Positions 37,401 to 48,165 of a stretch of DNA of 48,165 nucleotides are shown here, one piece after another. Source of the stretch: Octopus sinensis (taxonomy: Eukaryota); assembly GCF_006345805.1 (NCBI RefSeq), contig NW_021834495.1:1-48165 (forward strand), given 5' to 3'. The notes beneath the pieces are model-generated. The model had not been told where the DNA came from. It saw only the letters and a list, made by a program, of their open reading frames with translations, and did no database searches. Every line of letters starts with the position of its first letter. Position 1 is the first letter of the stretch. Both the position numbers and the translations under genes were made by a program.

Positions 37401-37899
37401 AATATGTGGAGATGGACAAGAAACAATAAATCATATTATCTCTAGCTGCCCAGTCCTGGCTAAGAAGGAATATATTCACAGACATGACAGAGTTGGAACC
37501 TACATACATTGGAAGCTATGCCAACATTATGGAATAACAACAGAAAAAAGATGGTATAGGCACACACCAGAAAAGGTCACAGAAAACGAGAAAGCAACCA
37601 TACTCTGGGATATGCCGATACACACAGATAGAGAAATTAAGGCCAACAGACCAGATATAGTTGTCAGAGATCATGAAGAAAAAAAATGTTTTCTAATTGA
37701 TGTATCAATACCGGCAGATGACAACGTGTCTCTAAAAGAAATGGAGAAACTCTCAAAATACAAAGACCTGGAAATAGAGGTAACTAGAATGTGGAACCTG
37801 AAAACAGAAACAATTCCTATCATAGTAGGTGCATTAGGCATGATAAAAAAATATTCAGACAAATACAACAAAAACACCAGGACTTACAAACACATATAA
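34465..37899 (+). pseudogene. R4/Dong ORF (N-terminal RRKWTREE domain, RT, zinc finger, REL endonuclease), frameshifted as assembled
   Basis: Collinear ORF-track pieces 34465-35268, 35348-36028, 35916-36347, 36349-36594, 36666-36965, 37150-37899. Confidence 0.88.
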
Positions 37900-38057
37900 C
37901 ATACAGAAAATTGCACTACTAGGCACTGCACACATCCTACGCAGAACACTTTCCATACAATAACCATCAGAGCATCACAACAAATCACAGCACATACCCA
38001 AGGCACACAGAGCTGCGCTCGGTAGTGAAGTGAAAGCACGCTATAAAAATAAAACTA

Positions 38058-38060
<3 letters not shown>

Positions 38061-38140
<80 letters not shown>

Positions 38141-38160
38141 TAATAATAATAATAATAATA
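38061..38160. repeat. (TAA)n tract at 3' junction
   Basis: Direct reading. Confidence 0.95.
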
Positions 38161-38775
38161 TAGAATTGAGAGCAAATACCAAATCTGTGGAAAAGGTGAC
38201 GCAAGTATAAAGCGTCATTTCAGCACAAAAGTGTTTAAGTGTTTAACTGACAGAAAAGTCTTTAAGAATTAGCGTAACTATATCGGTGTGGAAGTGCATT
38301 GGGATTGTAGCCAAGAGTGTGGATAAAAAAAGTTGTAAGAAATGTGCTACGAACACGATCCAGAGTCTGTGATTTTGAATAATAATTAGATGATTTTATG
38401 GGATTTTTCCATACAAGGTGACCATATTATTGAAGGAAAGAGAGCAGATATTATTGTTGATGACAAAAATAAAACGCACACGTTCGGTATGAGACCACAT
38501 ACTTTGTAATAAAATATAATAGAATGAATACCAAAGAAATTGAGAAAATTAATAATCCTCAGGAACCAACCAGGAAGCTGAAGGGTTTGTGGAATCGAAA
38601 TTGTTTCTGTGGTAATTTTTGCACTTTGCACAAAGCCAAATCTACTTCCTAACAAACTATGCTGAAGGATACAGGAATTGAGAATTGCATTGTTGAAAGC
38701 GAAATCGTCTTTTCTGATAGAATTCTAAGATGAACCTTGAGACTGGAGGAGAGCTGTTCTCAGCAAACCTCAAAA
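38161..38775 (+). mobile_element. Old R4-like 3' fragment (zinc finger to end)
   Basis: Degenerate translation QICGKG..., YEHDPESVILNNN*MILWDFSIQGDHIIEGKRADIIVDDKNK, TRKLKGLW. Confidence 0.75.
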
Positions 38776-38853
38776 ACAGCAACCCTGCTAACTAGAGTAG
38801 CATGTGATATCTTTTTGATAAGAACAGCAATAACAACAACAAGGACAACAATT

Positions 38854-38919
<66 letters not shown>

Positions 38920-39457
38920 ATGTTTTCCGTTGTGTTTTTATTTCGCTTTCAAATATTCAAAATTATTTCATAAGTTTCTTCTGAGGAAACGTATCCAGAG
39001 GCACTTGGCTCCTTGTTATTATAGATTTTCCCTCTCAAACAGAAGTTGCAATTTTCAATAGATTGTAAACAAGATAATTTTTCGAAGAAGAAAACAATGC
39101 ATAAAAACAAACAAAAAAAAAACTACGCAGACACTTTGTCTATCTCAGATACGGAGATAGACGTCGAAACGTATCACAGTCCCTCCTTCAGAATTCATCC
39201 AACGGAGACAAAAAGGAAAAAAAGAAAACATTTTCGTGAGTAAAACTTGGCAACAATCTAAATTTCTCAGAACTGCATCTAGAGATGTTCACACGTTTCA
39301 ATTGACTGTAACAACAGCGACAGGAAATAATAGAAGCTATTAGAAACAAACTTCCATTTCATACAACTATCTCCTTTTCCCTCATACACATACATTTAGA
39401 ATGATTGTGCAGCATTTTATCTTATTTCTTTATATATATATATATAATATATATATA

Positions 39458-39503
<46 letters not shown>

Positions 39504-39624
39504 TTAACAATTACGGATAAAATCTTAATAAGGAATCTTAACAAGAAATTATCAGGTAGTTAGCGTGAAAAACCTCATAAGAGAAAAAATCCGAAAATAA
39601 TTTTTTCACTTGAAAATATTTATT

Positions 39625-39886
39625 TATATTGTATAGAGGGCATTATTACACATAAATGCCACACACTAAGAGGGACAAAGTCATTACTACCAAAATTATA
39701 CTAATCATACCGAATGCGGCTCTCGAAGCAAGACATTTAAAAAACTGAATTTAGTTCTATATCACCTGTGATTTCGCAATTAACGTATTAAATACGTCGG
39801 TATGATTCGTTAAATTTTGGTAGTAATGACTTATGTCCCTCTTAGCGTGTGGCATTTATGTGTAATAATGCCCTCTATACAATATA
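39625..39886. mobile_element. MITE-like element, ~85-bp imperfect TIRs, TA-flanked
   Basis: tatattgtatagagggcattattacacataaatgccacac...ataccga versus tcggtatga...gcatttatgtgtaataatgccctctatacaatata. Confidence 0.8.
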
Positions 39887-39983
39887 TATATATACAGACA
39901 TACATGCAGATATAAATACGTGTATATAGATGGCTGGATAAAGAGAAATGGTGTTAAACGCAGGCGTTATTCAAATCTTTATA

Positions 39984-40068
39984 CTTCCGACATATGTTTC
40001 GAAAACATTGATATTATCCCGGAGGTAATAAAATGATGTAAAAGAATGCAATCATCTCAGCAGGGAAG
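39984..40068 (-). ncRNA. Type I hammerhead ribozyme motif (family H1, second copy)
   Basis: Minus: CTTCC-CTGCTGA-GATGA...TTTTC-GAAA-CATATGT-C-GGAAG; perfect 5-bp stem I; core has C at position 6. Confidence 0.6.
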
Positions 40069-40584
40069 AAAAGAAACAAATCTCATCAATAAGCCATTTC
40101 AACCAAATGTGATTACCGCGTATATGATGAAGGGGAAAGCTGGAAAGTTATTTTTTACACTTTATGGACGTGAAACCTAATGTAATCCCGAAGACCGGCC
40201 TTATCTAACTTTAATATATATATATATATATACTTATTCGTTCTTATTAGTCGAAAGACACCTGTTGCTATTTTCTTGTTAGTATTTTTAATTGTGTAAC
40301 ATGTTCTCTGTTTTTTGTCTTTGTTGTCGTACGCATTCACTTGCTTTCTCCAAAAATAAAAATAATAATAATAACACTCTTAGCTTAAATTTTGTGGGGA
40401 GGGGCAGCCGGATTTGAACAGCTTCAAGGGTAACTACACGAAACTATAAGGATAATTTGGTAACTTTACTTTTTATTGCTTTTCCTGTCTGTCTTCGCAT
40501 CGTCTATATAGCCAGATGTTCTATTGTCGTTCTTGTTCCATTTTTTTGAGTTTATATGTGAAGTAAAGTTAATTCCCGAGTCAT

Positions 40585-40803
40585 ATAGAGTCATAAGACC
40601 GGTTTCCCGGCTTCCATGTTGTATATATTCGCCACCTGGATGGGACGCCAGTTCGTCGCAGGATTTCTCCTTTTTGACAGCTGAGTGAATTGGAGCAACT
40701 TAAATTGAAGTGTTTTGCTCAAGAACACAACGCATCGCCCGGTCCAGGAATCGAAACCACAATCTTACGATCATGAGTCCACAACCCCAACCACTAAGCC
40801 ACG
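40585..40803 (-). mobile_element. tRNA-derived SINE with CORE-like and V/Meta-like segments
   Basis: Minus: gcgtggcttagtggtt (A box), gtttcgattcc (B box), gtgttcttgagcaaaacac, ctgcgacgaactggcgtcccatccagg. Confidence 0.65.
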
Positions 40804-40804
40804 C

Positions 40805-41010
40805 TTACTCTCTTTTATTCTTTTAAACGTTTCAGTCACTTGACTACAGTCACACTGGAGCACCGCCTTAAAGCGTTTTAGTCGAAGAAATTGGCGCCAG
40901 GACTTAATCTTTGTAAACCTAGTACTTATCGTTTGCCAAATGTGCAACGCAGTGGGACTGAACCAAGAACCATGTGATTGGGAAGCAAGCTTCTTACCAC
41001 ACAGCCTATT
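40805..41010 (-). mobile_element. SINE family B with internal deletion
   Basis: Head and tail joined; middle of the 27933-type element missing. Confidence 0.75.
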
Positions 41011-41550
41011 CATGTATACATATGTATATGTATATACATATAAATTAACATGCATTCATATATATGTATGGATATATGTGAATATATACGTATATAGTCA
41101 TAGTCTGAAATAAAGAAAAGTATGTTATTCAGCGCGAATGCGTTTGTATGGTTTTTTGGTATTAGTTTGGAATGCCATAAGGTTTCTCTGCCAATCTAAA
41201 CTTCACATAGCTTTGTACTCTGACATTATGCTGTAGAGTACACTCTGCAACACTGAATTGTGCAGACGATAAAACGAAGACAAAAGGAGCGGCGTGTTAA
41301 TCTCATATGCAGATAGAATCTTTCTTCTGCGTCTTCTTTGCCGTCGTAGAAAACATATCTAATAAAGAGATAAATATATATATTTTGTAGTACATAGCAT
41401 TAAAAGAATGATAAATGTACTTTTATCTCGTGAGAAATATCTTAGAAAAAAATGATGCAATACATCTAGACATATATTTACAAACTTTTATATCTTTATA
41501 TAAAAATATATAGCCGCACACGTATATATTTAGGTATAAGTGGATATATA

Positions 41551-41737
41551 TTCTTTTATTTGTTTCAGTCATTTGACTCCGGCTATGCTGGAGCATCTCC
41601 TTTAGTCGAACAAATCGATCCAGGACTTTCTATCATTCTATCGGTCTCTTTTGCCGAATCGCTAAGTTACATGACCGTAAACACACCAGCATCAATTGTC
41701 GAGCGATTGTGTGGGGGACAAACACAGATACACAAAT

Positions 41738-41787
<50 letters not shown>

Positions 41788-41942
41788 GACGGGCTTCTTT
41801 CAGTTTCCGTCTACCACTTCCACTCTCAAGGTTTTAGTCGGCCCGAAGCTATAGAAGACACTTGCCCAAGGTGCTACGCAGTGGGACTGAACCCAGAACC
41901 ATGTGGCCGATAAGCAAGCTACTTACCACACACTCCTGCGCC
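41551..41942 (-). mobile_element. SINE family B, full length
   Basis: Collinear with 27933-28322. Confidence 0.85.
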
Positions 41943-41977
41943 TATACATATATAGACAGAGAGACAGACAGACCGAC

Positions 41978-42062
<85 letters not shown>

Positions 42063-42213
42063 TGTATACATCCACATATACATATGTATAGTTGAATAAG
42101 AAATAGGAAGGCCTTGGTACAGTATGATAAATTTGAAACAAATAAACAGAAACTACGGAGATGTAGTTGCATAGCAAGTGACCTGATCTGAGATCGTGTG
42201 CCAGAACAAAAAT

Positions 42214-42497
42214 AATTGCAGCGTGGAAGGCTTTTATAAGCCATTTAAGAAATACACAAAAACCGTTAGATTCCCTTCAACATATAAATTTAATTTGCCG
42301 AAATATTTTCGTCGCTTTGAGACCGCGACCTGTTCACTGACAAAATTCCGTGCTGCATCACGGAATTTTGTCAGTGAAAAGATTGCGGTCTCAAAGCGAC
42401 AAAAATATCTTGGCAAATTAAATTTATATGTTGAAGTGAATCTAACGGTTTTTGTTTGTTTCTTAAATGGCTTATAAACACCTTCCACGCTGCAATT
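42214..42497. repeat. Long imperfect palindrome, 139-bp arms, 6-nt loop (foldback/MITE-like)
   Basis: aattgcagcgtggaagg...ctgacaaaattccgtg-ctgcat-cacggaattttgtcag...ccttccacgctgcaatt. Confidence 0.9.
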
Positions 42498-42708
42498 GTT
42501 TAAACAGAAATTGTTTGTCTGATTATCTTACCACTTTAATAATTACATGTTTATAAGTTATTAAGGTATTTATAAAAGATGACTGACAGGAGTTTCTCGT
42601 TTCAGAGAGATTTTCAAAAAGTTTGAAAACTGCTCTTAATGACCTCATGCTGTTACTGTATAAGTCTCTCCGAGAGATTTAAAAATGCACGTGTGTGTTT
42701 GTATGCAG

Positions 42709-42848
42709 TTAATTGCCTACGCAAATACACACGTCTGCGTATAGGTGTGGCGGGCATACTTCTGTTAGGGTCTGTGCCACAAAACTCAGACCATGATCTC
42801 ATATATATACGATCTTGTTATCAGTTCATATGTGCTTTAGTCATATTC
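42709..42848 (+). CDS. Candidate 140-nt exon (xNCLRKYTRLRIGVAGILLLGSVPQNSDHDLIYIRSCYQFICALVIF)
   Basis: tgtttgtatgcag| acceptor, |gtaaga donor, open phase 1 to phase 0. Confidence 0.25.
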
Positions 42849-43171
42849 GTAAGAAACCCATTCACTGTGTTTTGTCACGGAGGAAACTTCCCGCTGTTGA
42901 CAAATGGGTGTAAATACACCGAATGAGCTCGCACGGATACCAGACTTGACCGTGCGATGCATGCATTTGGGAGTATTCATTTCCTCTTCAGTTATAGCTC
43001 ACCTCTAATGAAATTAATTTAATTTACTGCAATATATCTTCCATGTATATCAGCATAAATAAACCAGCTTTTTATGAGACTGAAACCGGATACATATTTT
43101 CATAAAAAATGTAAATTACTTTTTTTATTTTATGCTTAAGAAGATTATCGAAACATTTATGCGTTGTTTTT

Positions 43172-43260
43172 AACGTGGCTATGAAGTAAGAAACTGGCTT
43201 CCAAACCACATGGTTCCAAGTTCAGTACCACTGCGCAGCATTTTGGAAAAATGTCTTCTA
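43172..43260 (+). mobile_element. SINE family B head, interrupted by mariner
   Basis: aaccacatggttccaagttcagtaccactgcgcagc...tgtcttcTA. Confidence 0.7.
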
Positions 43261-43745
43261 TTGGGCTGGTAACCCTAAGTTACCGCCGTTTCTTTTAAAT
43301 TTTGGAATTTATTGCATTTTAACTTTTGGAATCTTTTTCCATTTTTCGAGAATTCTATTTTGAAATTATTTTGGAATCTATTTTGTGTTTTTTCTAGTTA
43401 ATTTTGATTAAGTTTTGTTTATTTTCAGATCAATAAAATGGAATGTTAAGTTAAGAAAAACGAGCATTTTCGACACCTACTTTTTGCTTTTAATCAAGGT
43501 TCCAAGGCGGCAAAAGCTGCTCGCGACATTTGTGCTGTGTATGGAAATGGTGCCATAGCTGAAAGAACCGCTCGGGATTTGTATACCAAGTTCAAAAATT
43601 GAAATTTTGACCTCAAAGACGCACCTCGTTCTGGCTGTCCAGTTGAGTTCGATGAAGAGCGATGAAACCAAATTTTGCACTAAAATTCTCGTCACACGAC
43701 AAGGAAACTGGCAGAGAAAATGGAATGCTCCCACACTGCTATAGA
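43261..43745 (+). mobile_element. Mariner 5' fragment (TIR + decayed HTH region of transposase)
   Basis: TA|TTGGGCTGG terminus; QGSKAAKAARDICAVYGNGAIAERTAR...FDLKDAPRSGCP...RKLAEKMECSHTAI with stops. Confidence 0.85.
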
Positions 43746-43961
43746 CCTAATAAATAGAAACATTATTGTTTGTAAGTCTCTCAACGGGAGACAATCAGTA
43801 ACATTACTCTAAAGTAAATATTACTTGGCAACATAATGTGACAGTCCAAGTTGGGACGAATGCTGCTATTATTTAGCCCCAGTAAACATCGTCTCCAGCT
43901 GGCTATACGACACACTATCTGTGTCATATATACATACATACACACATATATATATATATAT

Positions 43962-43992
<31 letters not shown>

Positions 43993-45649
43993 TAGGTAGA
44001 TAGATAGATTGATAGATAGATAGACAGATAGATAGATAGATAGACAGACTTACTTACATACATACATACATGCATGCATACATACATGCATGCATACATA
44101 CATATGAACCCTGCGATCATGCTGGAGCACCTACGTATATATTTCACGCACACACATTTGATAATTTATGGCTTTTATGAAATAAAAGGACAGCACCTCC
44201 TCCTGTAACTAATATTTTATAGAACCGTTCGTCTTTATTCGCTACGATTTTTGCTGACTTAATGCGGAGATAAAATGCAATAAGTTTCCCAAAACCATAT
44301 ACTAACGAGGTACTGACTGAGATAATGGTGACTCTGGTAGCCATCATCAGTGTAGGCCACGGTCAGGTTTGGAATAATCGTCATCAGCATAAACATTTAC
44401 GTTAACCACTTTGTATTGTAGCCTAAAATATAGATATTTTGCACTCAGGTAATAGTGATTCAAAATTGCATTTCTGCCCTTATCGGACGGCCATTAAAAT
44501 ATCCGTGAATGTTCCCATTAGTCTTTTCATATCAGAGCGTATTATTCAGTAGACGTCATCATCAGTAGTGGCAGTAGTAGTAGTATCTGTTGTTGTTATT
44601 GTTGTTGTAGCGGTAGTAATTCTAATAATGGTAGGGTAGTTGGTGTAGCTGTAGTAATGGAGGTGGTATTGGTGGTGGCAGCGTTAGCACGAATGGTGAT
44701 TAGCTGTACTGCCAGTAGTCGTAGTCGTGGTCGTGTTTGTGCAGTTGTTAATGGTGGTATTAGTGTTAGTAAGAGTAGAGATGATAACGATGGTAGTAGT
44801 AGTACATAGAGAATGCAACGTTTATGTCGATTGTAATATTAACTGAGAAAACGGAAAGATATATGAAGAGCTATATATAAATATATATATATATATAAGT
44901 CCAGTAAAATTTAGATTCAGATGAATATGGTACTTAGTTAAAGGCACCAGAATTTTGTATGGTATATTATCCATATAAATCAAATGGGGTGATATATCAA
45001 ATAAGCAACAAGTAATCAACAAGTAGTACAATTGTATATCACCGTAGTAGTTTTTTATCTATTTTTACAAACACTGTAAGTATTACATCAGTTTTAAAAT
45101 GTCGAGCAATCTTCAGCCACTTATAGCATTTTCCAGTCAAACGGACAATGCACATTCTTATCTCTATTTCATTTGCCAACATTATAAAGAGGGTAGATAT
45201 ATAGACAGAGAGGTTGATTTCATTCTTAAGAACATGATAGTTGTATGATCACTCTCTGACTGTATATTTTACCATTGAGTTCACTTTGTTATTTAGATCT
45301 TTCAGTGGGGAGGGGGGGTTTATTCTTGGTTGAATGGAGACAAACAAGAATTTTTTTCTATTTATAGATATAGGAAGGGGTAGTACAAATGTCAAAACCA
45401 TAATCCCATTTCCATTTTGAGGAATTCAGTTTAGATATATTTGAATGTATTATAGCAAAAAGCTAGTAGGTTGAAGTTAGAAGGGTAGGGGAAACATAAA
45501 CTACTAGTGTTCTAGAGGTTTTCAATGTCCCTTACCATTTAACAGCCAGATTCCATATTAAGAAATTTAAGTAAATATCCTTTAGATAATTTTATAAAGG
45601 ATTTCAATAAATCTTAGTATCTTATATAGGGATAGAAAACATAGAAATC

Positions 45650-46155
45650 ATTTCATATTTATATAAATATATATATATATCCATTTCTATTAATACATAA
45701 TCATAATTAGCTAGTAAATGGTGATCTATTTTATTAATGAGTTGAATTAAAAGAATATGTTAGACATAATATTTACTAACTGTGGAAACAAAAACTTTAT
45801 CAATTTAGCACATATATCAGGAGTCAATAAGATTATTAAAAAGTAATGGAAGGGAGGTAATCAAGACGAATCAAGTAATTTCTCCAGATATATAGACTTT
45901 TTTGTAATCCTTTCATATTTATATAAATATATATATATTTATCTATTTCTATAAATATAGAAACAGGATTAGCTAGTAAATGGTGATTTGTTTTATTAAT
46001 GAGTCGAATTAAAAGAATATGCTAGACTTAATATTTACAAACTGTAGAAAAAAACTTTAGCAAATATATCAGGAGTCAATAAGATATATTAAAAAGTAAT
46101 GGAAGGGAGGTAATCAAGATGAATCATGTAATTTTCCTAGATATATAGAATTTTT
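45650..46155. repeat. Diverged tandem duplication, ~260-bp period
   Basis: tttcatatttatataaatatat...ttagctagtaaatggtgat...aaaagtaatggaagggaggtaatcaaga at about 45651 and 45911. Confidence 0.85.
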
Positions 46156-46362
46156 TTCCATCCTATATAGGAGAGTATCAAAAAATTCTAATTTCATTAT
46201 ATTCACATTTATATATATATGGAAATTTTCTGTGGATATATATATATATATCATATATATATATATATATATAAATACATACGTTTTTATGTACGTTATT
46301 AGTTTCGCTAATGTAATTAGAGAGAAAAAAAAGAAAACGCATTAATTTATTTATATATATAT

Positions 46363-46520
46363 ATGCGCCAAGTGTAGCTGTGCGGTAACAAGCTTGATTC
46401 TCAACCACGTGGTCCCGGATTTCGTCCCACAGCATGGCACCTGAGCAAGTGTCTTCTATTGTAGCCTCGGCCTACCAAAGCCTTGGTAGTAGATCTGTAG
46501 ACGAAAACTGAAACAAGCCG

Positions 46521-46558
<38 letters not shown>

Positions 46559-47090
46559 TATACTACTAATATAGGATAAAATTGTTTTTCAGAAAAAATT
46601 GTCATCAAAAGTGGCAGCATATTCAAATAACTTTAAAGGTTAAAATTCTAAACAACTTATAAACAAGGGCGAAAGAAACATTTATTGCTATGCCAATATG
46701 CTGGCAATAGACTTTAAATCGTCAATTTCCACATTTTATATACATGTATATATACTTACATGTATATACATGTATATATATATATATATATAGATATATA
46801 TATTGGATGTATATATATACACGCACATATATGTAGGTATATATGTAGTATGTCTGTATGTATGCATATGTATATGTGTGTCTGTATTTGTCTCCCATCC
46901 CTGGATATCAAACGGTGATGGAGCGTCTAAATCCCCGTAACTTAGTGATTCGGCAAAATTGACCGACAGGATAAGTACCAGACTTCATAAAAGTAAAAGG
47001 GTTGATTTGTTTGAGTAACACTCTTCAAGGTAGAGCCCCAGCGTGGCCACAGTCAAATGACTGAAACAAGTAAAAGTCTAAAAGAATAAA
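46363..47090 (+). mobile_element. SINE family B split by a ~350-bp AT-rich insert in its microsatellite linker
   Basis: Head/core 46363-46525, tail 46870-47090. Confidence 0.7.
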
Positions 47091-47524
47091 AAAATTGATC
47101 AACGCCCAGTGTTATTAGACTTTGAAGCCCCACCACTTTGAACTAGATTCCAATCGTTGTTTGTGGTCGTGTGAAGCCACTGACAGTAATGTAACAGCAG
47201 TTTTAGACCTGCTCTAAGCATTTGTCTATATTCTAGAGAACACCGTTAGGGTAATGGTTATATTTTGTTGGTCAGAATAATCCTGTATCTGTGGGGTTCC
47301 TTGATTGACCCTTGTTAGAGGTTCTCCTGTATCAGGTGAACGGCATCATTCATGTGTTCGCTAACTTGTTTACCATGCATACTTTTATCTCCTACCCCCC
47401 ACACACACACTTACATTGAAGACTCTCCTGGTGATGTCCCTGTTCACTTATGCTCCTGTAGCAAATAAATTATTGTTATCATGTATTACCATTGGTTTTG
47501 CTCTTGTTCGTTGTTATTCCTGAT

Positions 47525-47782
47525 AGAAATTATTTGGATAGCTGGTTACTACGGGTACCCTTAGCTATACACAAGCTTTCAACAGCCTTCTAAGTGATTA
47601 AAACCCTTCTGATAGTCTTCTCTGCACCCAAGTGGCAAGGTTTCTGTAGAAGCTCTGACAGGCATTCTCTTCCGATCTCCTTGAATCATTTGTCTGTATC
47701 GCTATTCACAGTTCCAAATACATCGATTATTACAAGCACAGCCTTTATAGTTTCCATACTTCAAATTCTTGCATTTGTTGTT

Positions 47783-47785
<3 letters not shown>
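47525..47785 (-). mobile_element. R4-like 3' fragment
   Basis: Minus translation ARI*SMETIKAVLVIIDVFGTV...ELLQKPCHLGAEKTIRRVLIT*. Confidence 0.7.
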
Positions 47786-47875
<90 letters not shown>

Positions 47876-47912
47876 GTCGTCGTCGTCGTCACCATCATCA
47901 TCGTCATCATTA
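47786..47912. repeat. (CAT)n/(GAT)n microsatellite
   Basis: Direct reading; lies between two R4-like fragments. Confidence 0.95.
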
Positions 47913-47934
47913 TCAAATTAGTACAGGCTAATTT

Positions 47935-48165
47935 AATTAGCAGGAATGTTTGGTAACAAGTCTCCTCATATTCTCAAGTATGTTTCTTAAGATTCTTTCA
48001 AAATATGGATGGCTACTTTCTTTCAGGTCGACAACGCGATTTTCAATTCCAGTATCTTTCAGTCTTTTAAGTAGCATTTAAGGTGTTATGCGAAGTGAAC
48101 CAATTACCACAGGAATAATTATTAGCTTAGTCTTCCACAATCGCTTGAGTTTTCTGGATAAATCC
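47935..48165 (-). mobile_element. R4-like 3' fragment (continues beyond window)
   Basis: DLSRKLKRLWKTKLIIIPVVIGSL; aligns with 38560-38770. Confidence 0.75.

Larger units (their letters stand above)
34006..38060 (+). mobile_element. Near-full-length R4-clade (Dong-like) non-LTR retrotransposon inserted in (TAA)n
   Basis: RT motifs NYRPITCL, WIDYKKAFDSIPH, GIFQGDTLSPLLF, LYMDDLKLY; CCHC CRICGDGQETINHIISSC; REL RPDIV...IDVSIP...EKLSKY; (TAA)n on both sides. Confidence 0.92.

Noticed and set aside
34409-37877. Minus-strand ORFs overlapping the R4 element
   Set aside because: Antisense shadows of the A-rich retrotransposon ORF.
38985-39010. CTGAGGAAACGTA motif
   Set aside because: Core fused to GAAA with no stem II; cannot fold as a hammerhead.
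39125-39185. Hairpin followed by GTCGAAACGTA
   Set aside because: Stem II- and III-like parts are present but there is no CUGANGA core or stem I; at most a decayed PLE remnant.
47525-47785. Initially read as a Penelope RT remnant / ORF 47594-47956
   Set aside because: Minus-strand translation matches the R4 C-terminus; the plus ORF is its shadow plus (CAT)n.

Overview
AT-rich eukaryotic intronic/intergenic DNA, very dense in (TA)n, (CA)n, (GATA)n, (CATA)n and trinucleotide microsatellites. The tRNA-derived SINE families and repeat load suggest an octopus genome (inference). No host gene can be confidently identified; only low-confidence + strand exon candidates are seen. The main coding feature is a near-full-length R4/Dong-like non-LTR retrotransposon (RT + CCHC + restriction-like endonuclease, 34006-38060) inside a (TAA)n tract. 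Its frameshifts are mostly single-base losses in A-runs, and six further 3' fragments of related elements all lie next to trinucleotide tracts. Also present: an internally deleted L1/Tx1-like LINE, three mariner derivatives, many SINEs, several long hairpins/MITEs and two ~250-bp tandem duplications. The most interesting signal is a set of minimal type-I hammerhead ribozyme motifs of the Penelope-like-element kind, with palindromic (dimer-dependent) stem III. They fall into three sequence families; one shows stem-I covariation between copies and one has a family-wide non-canonical core (CUGUNGA). All alignments and folds were done by eye and repeat boundaries are approximate.
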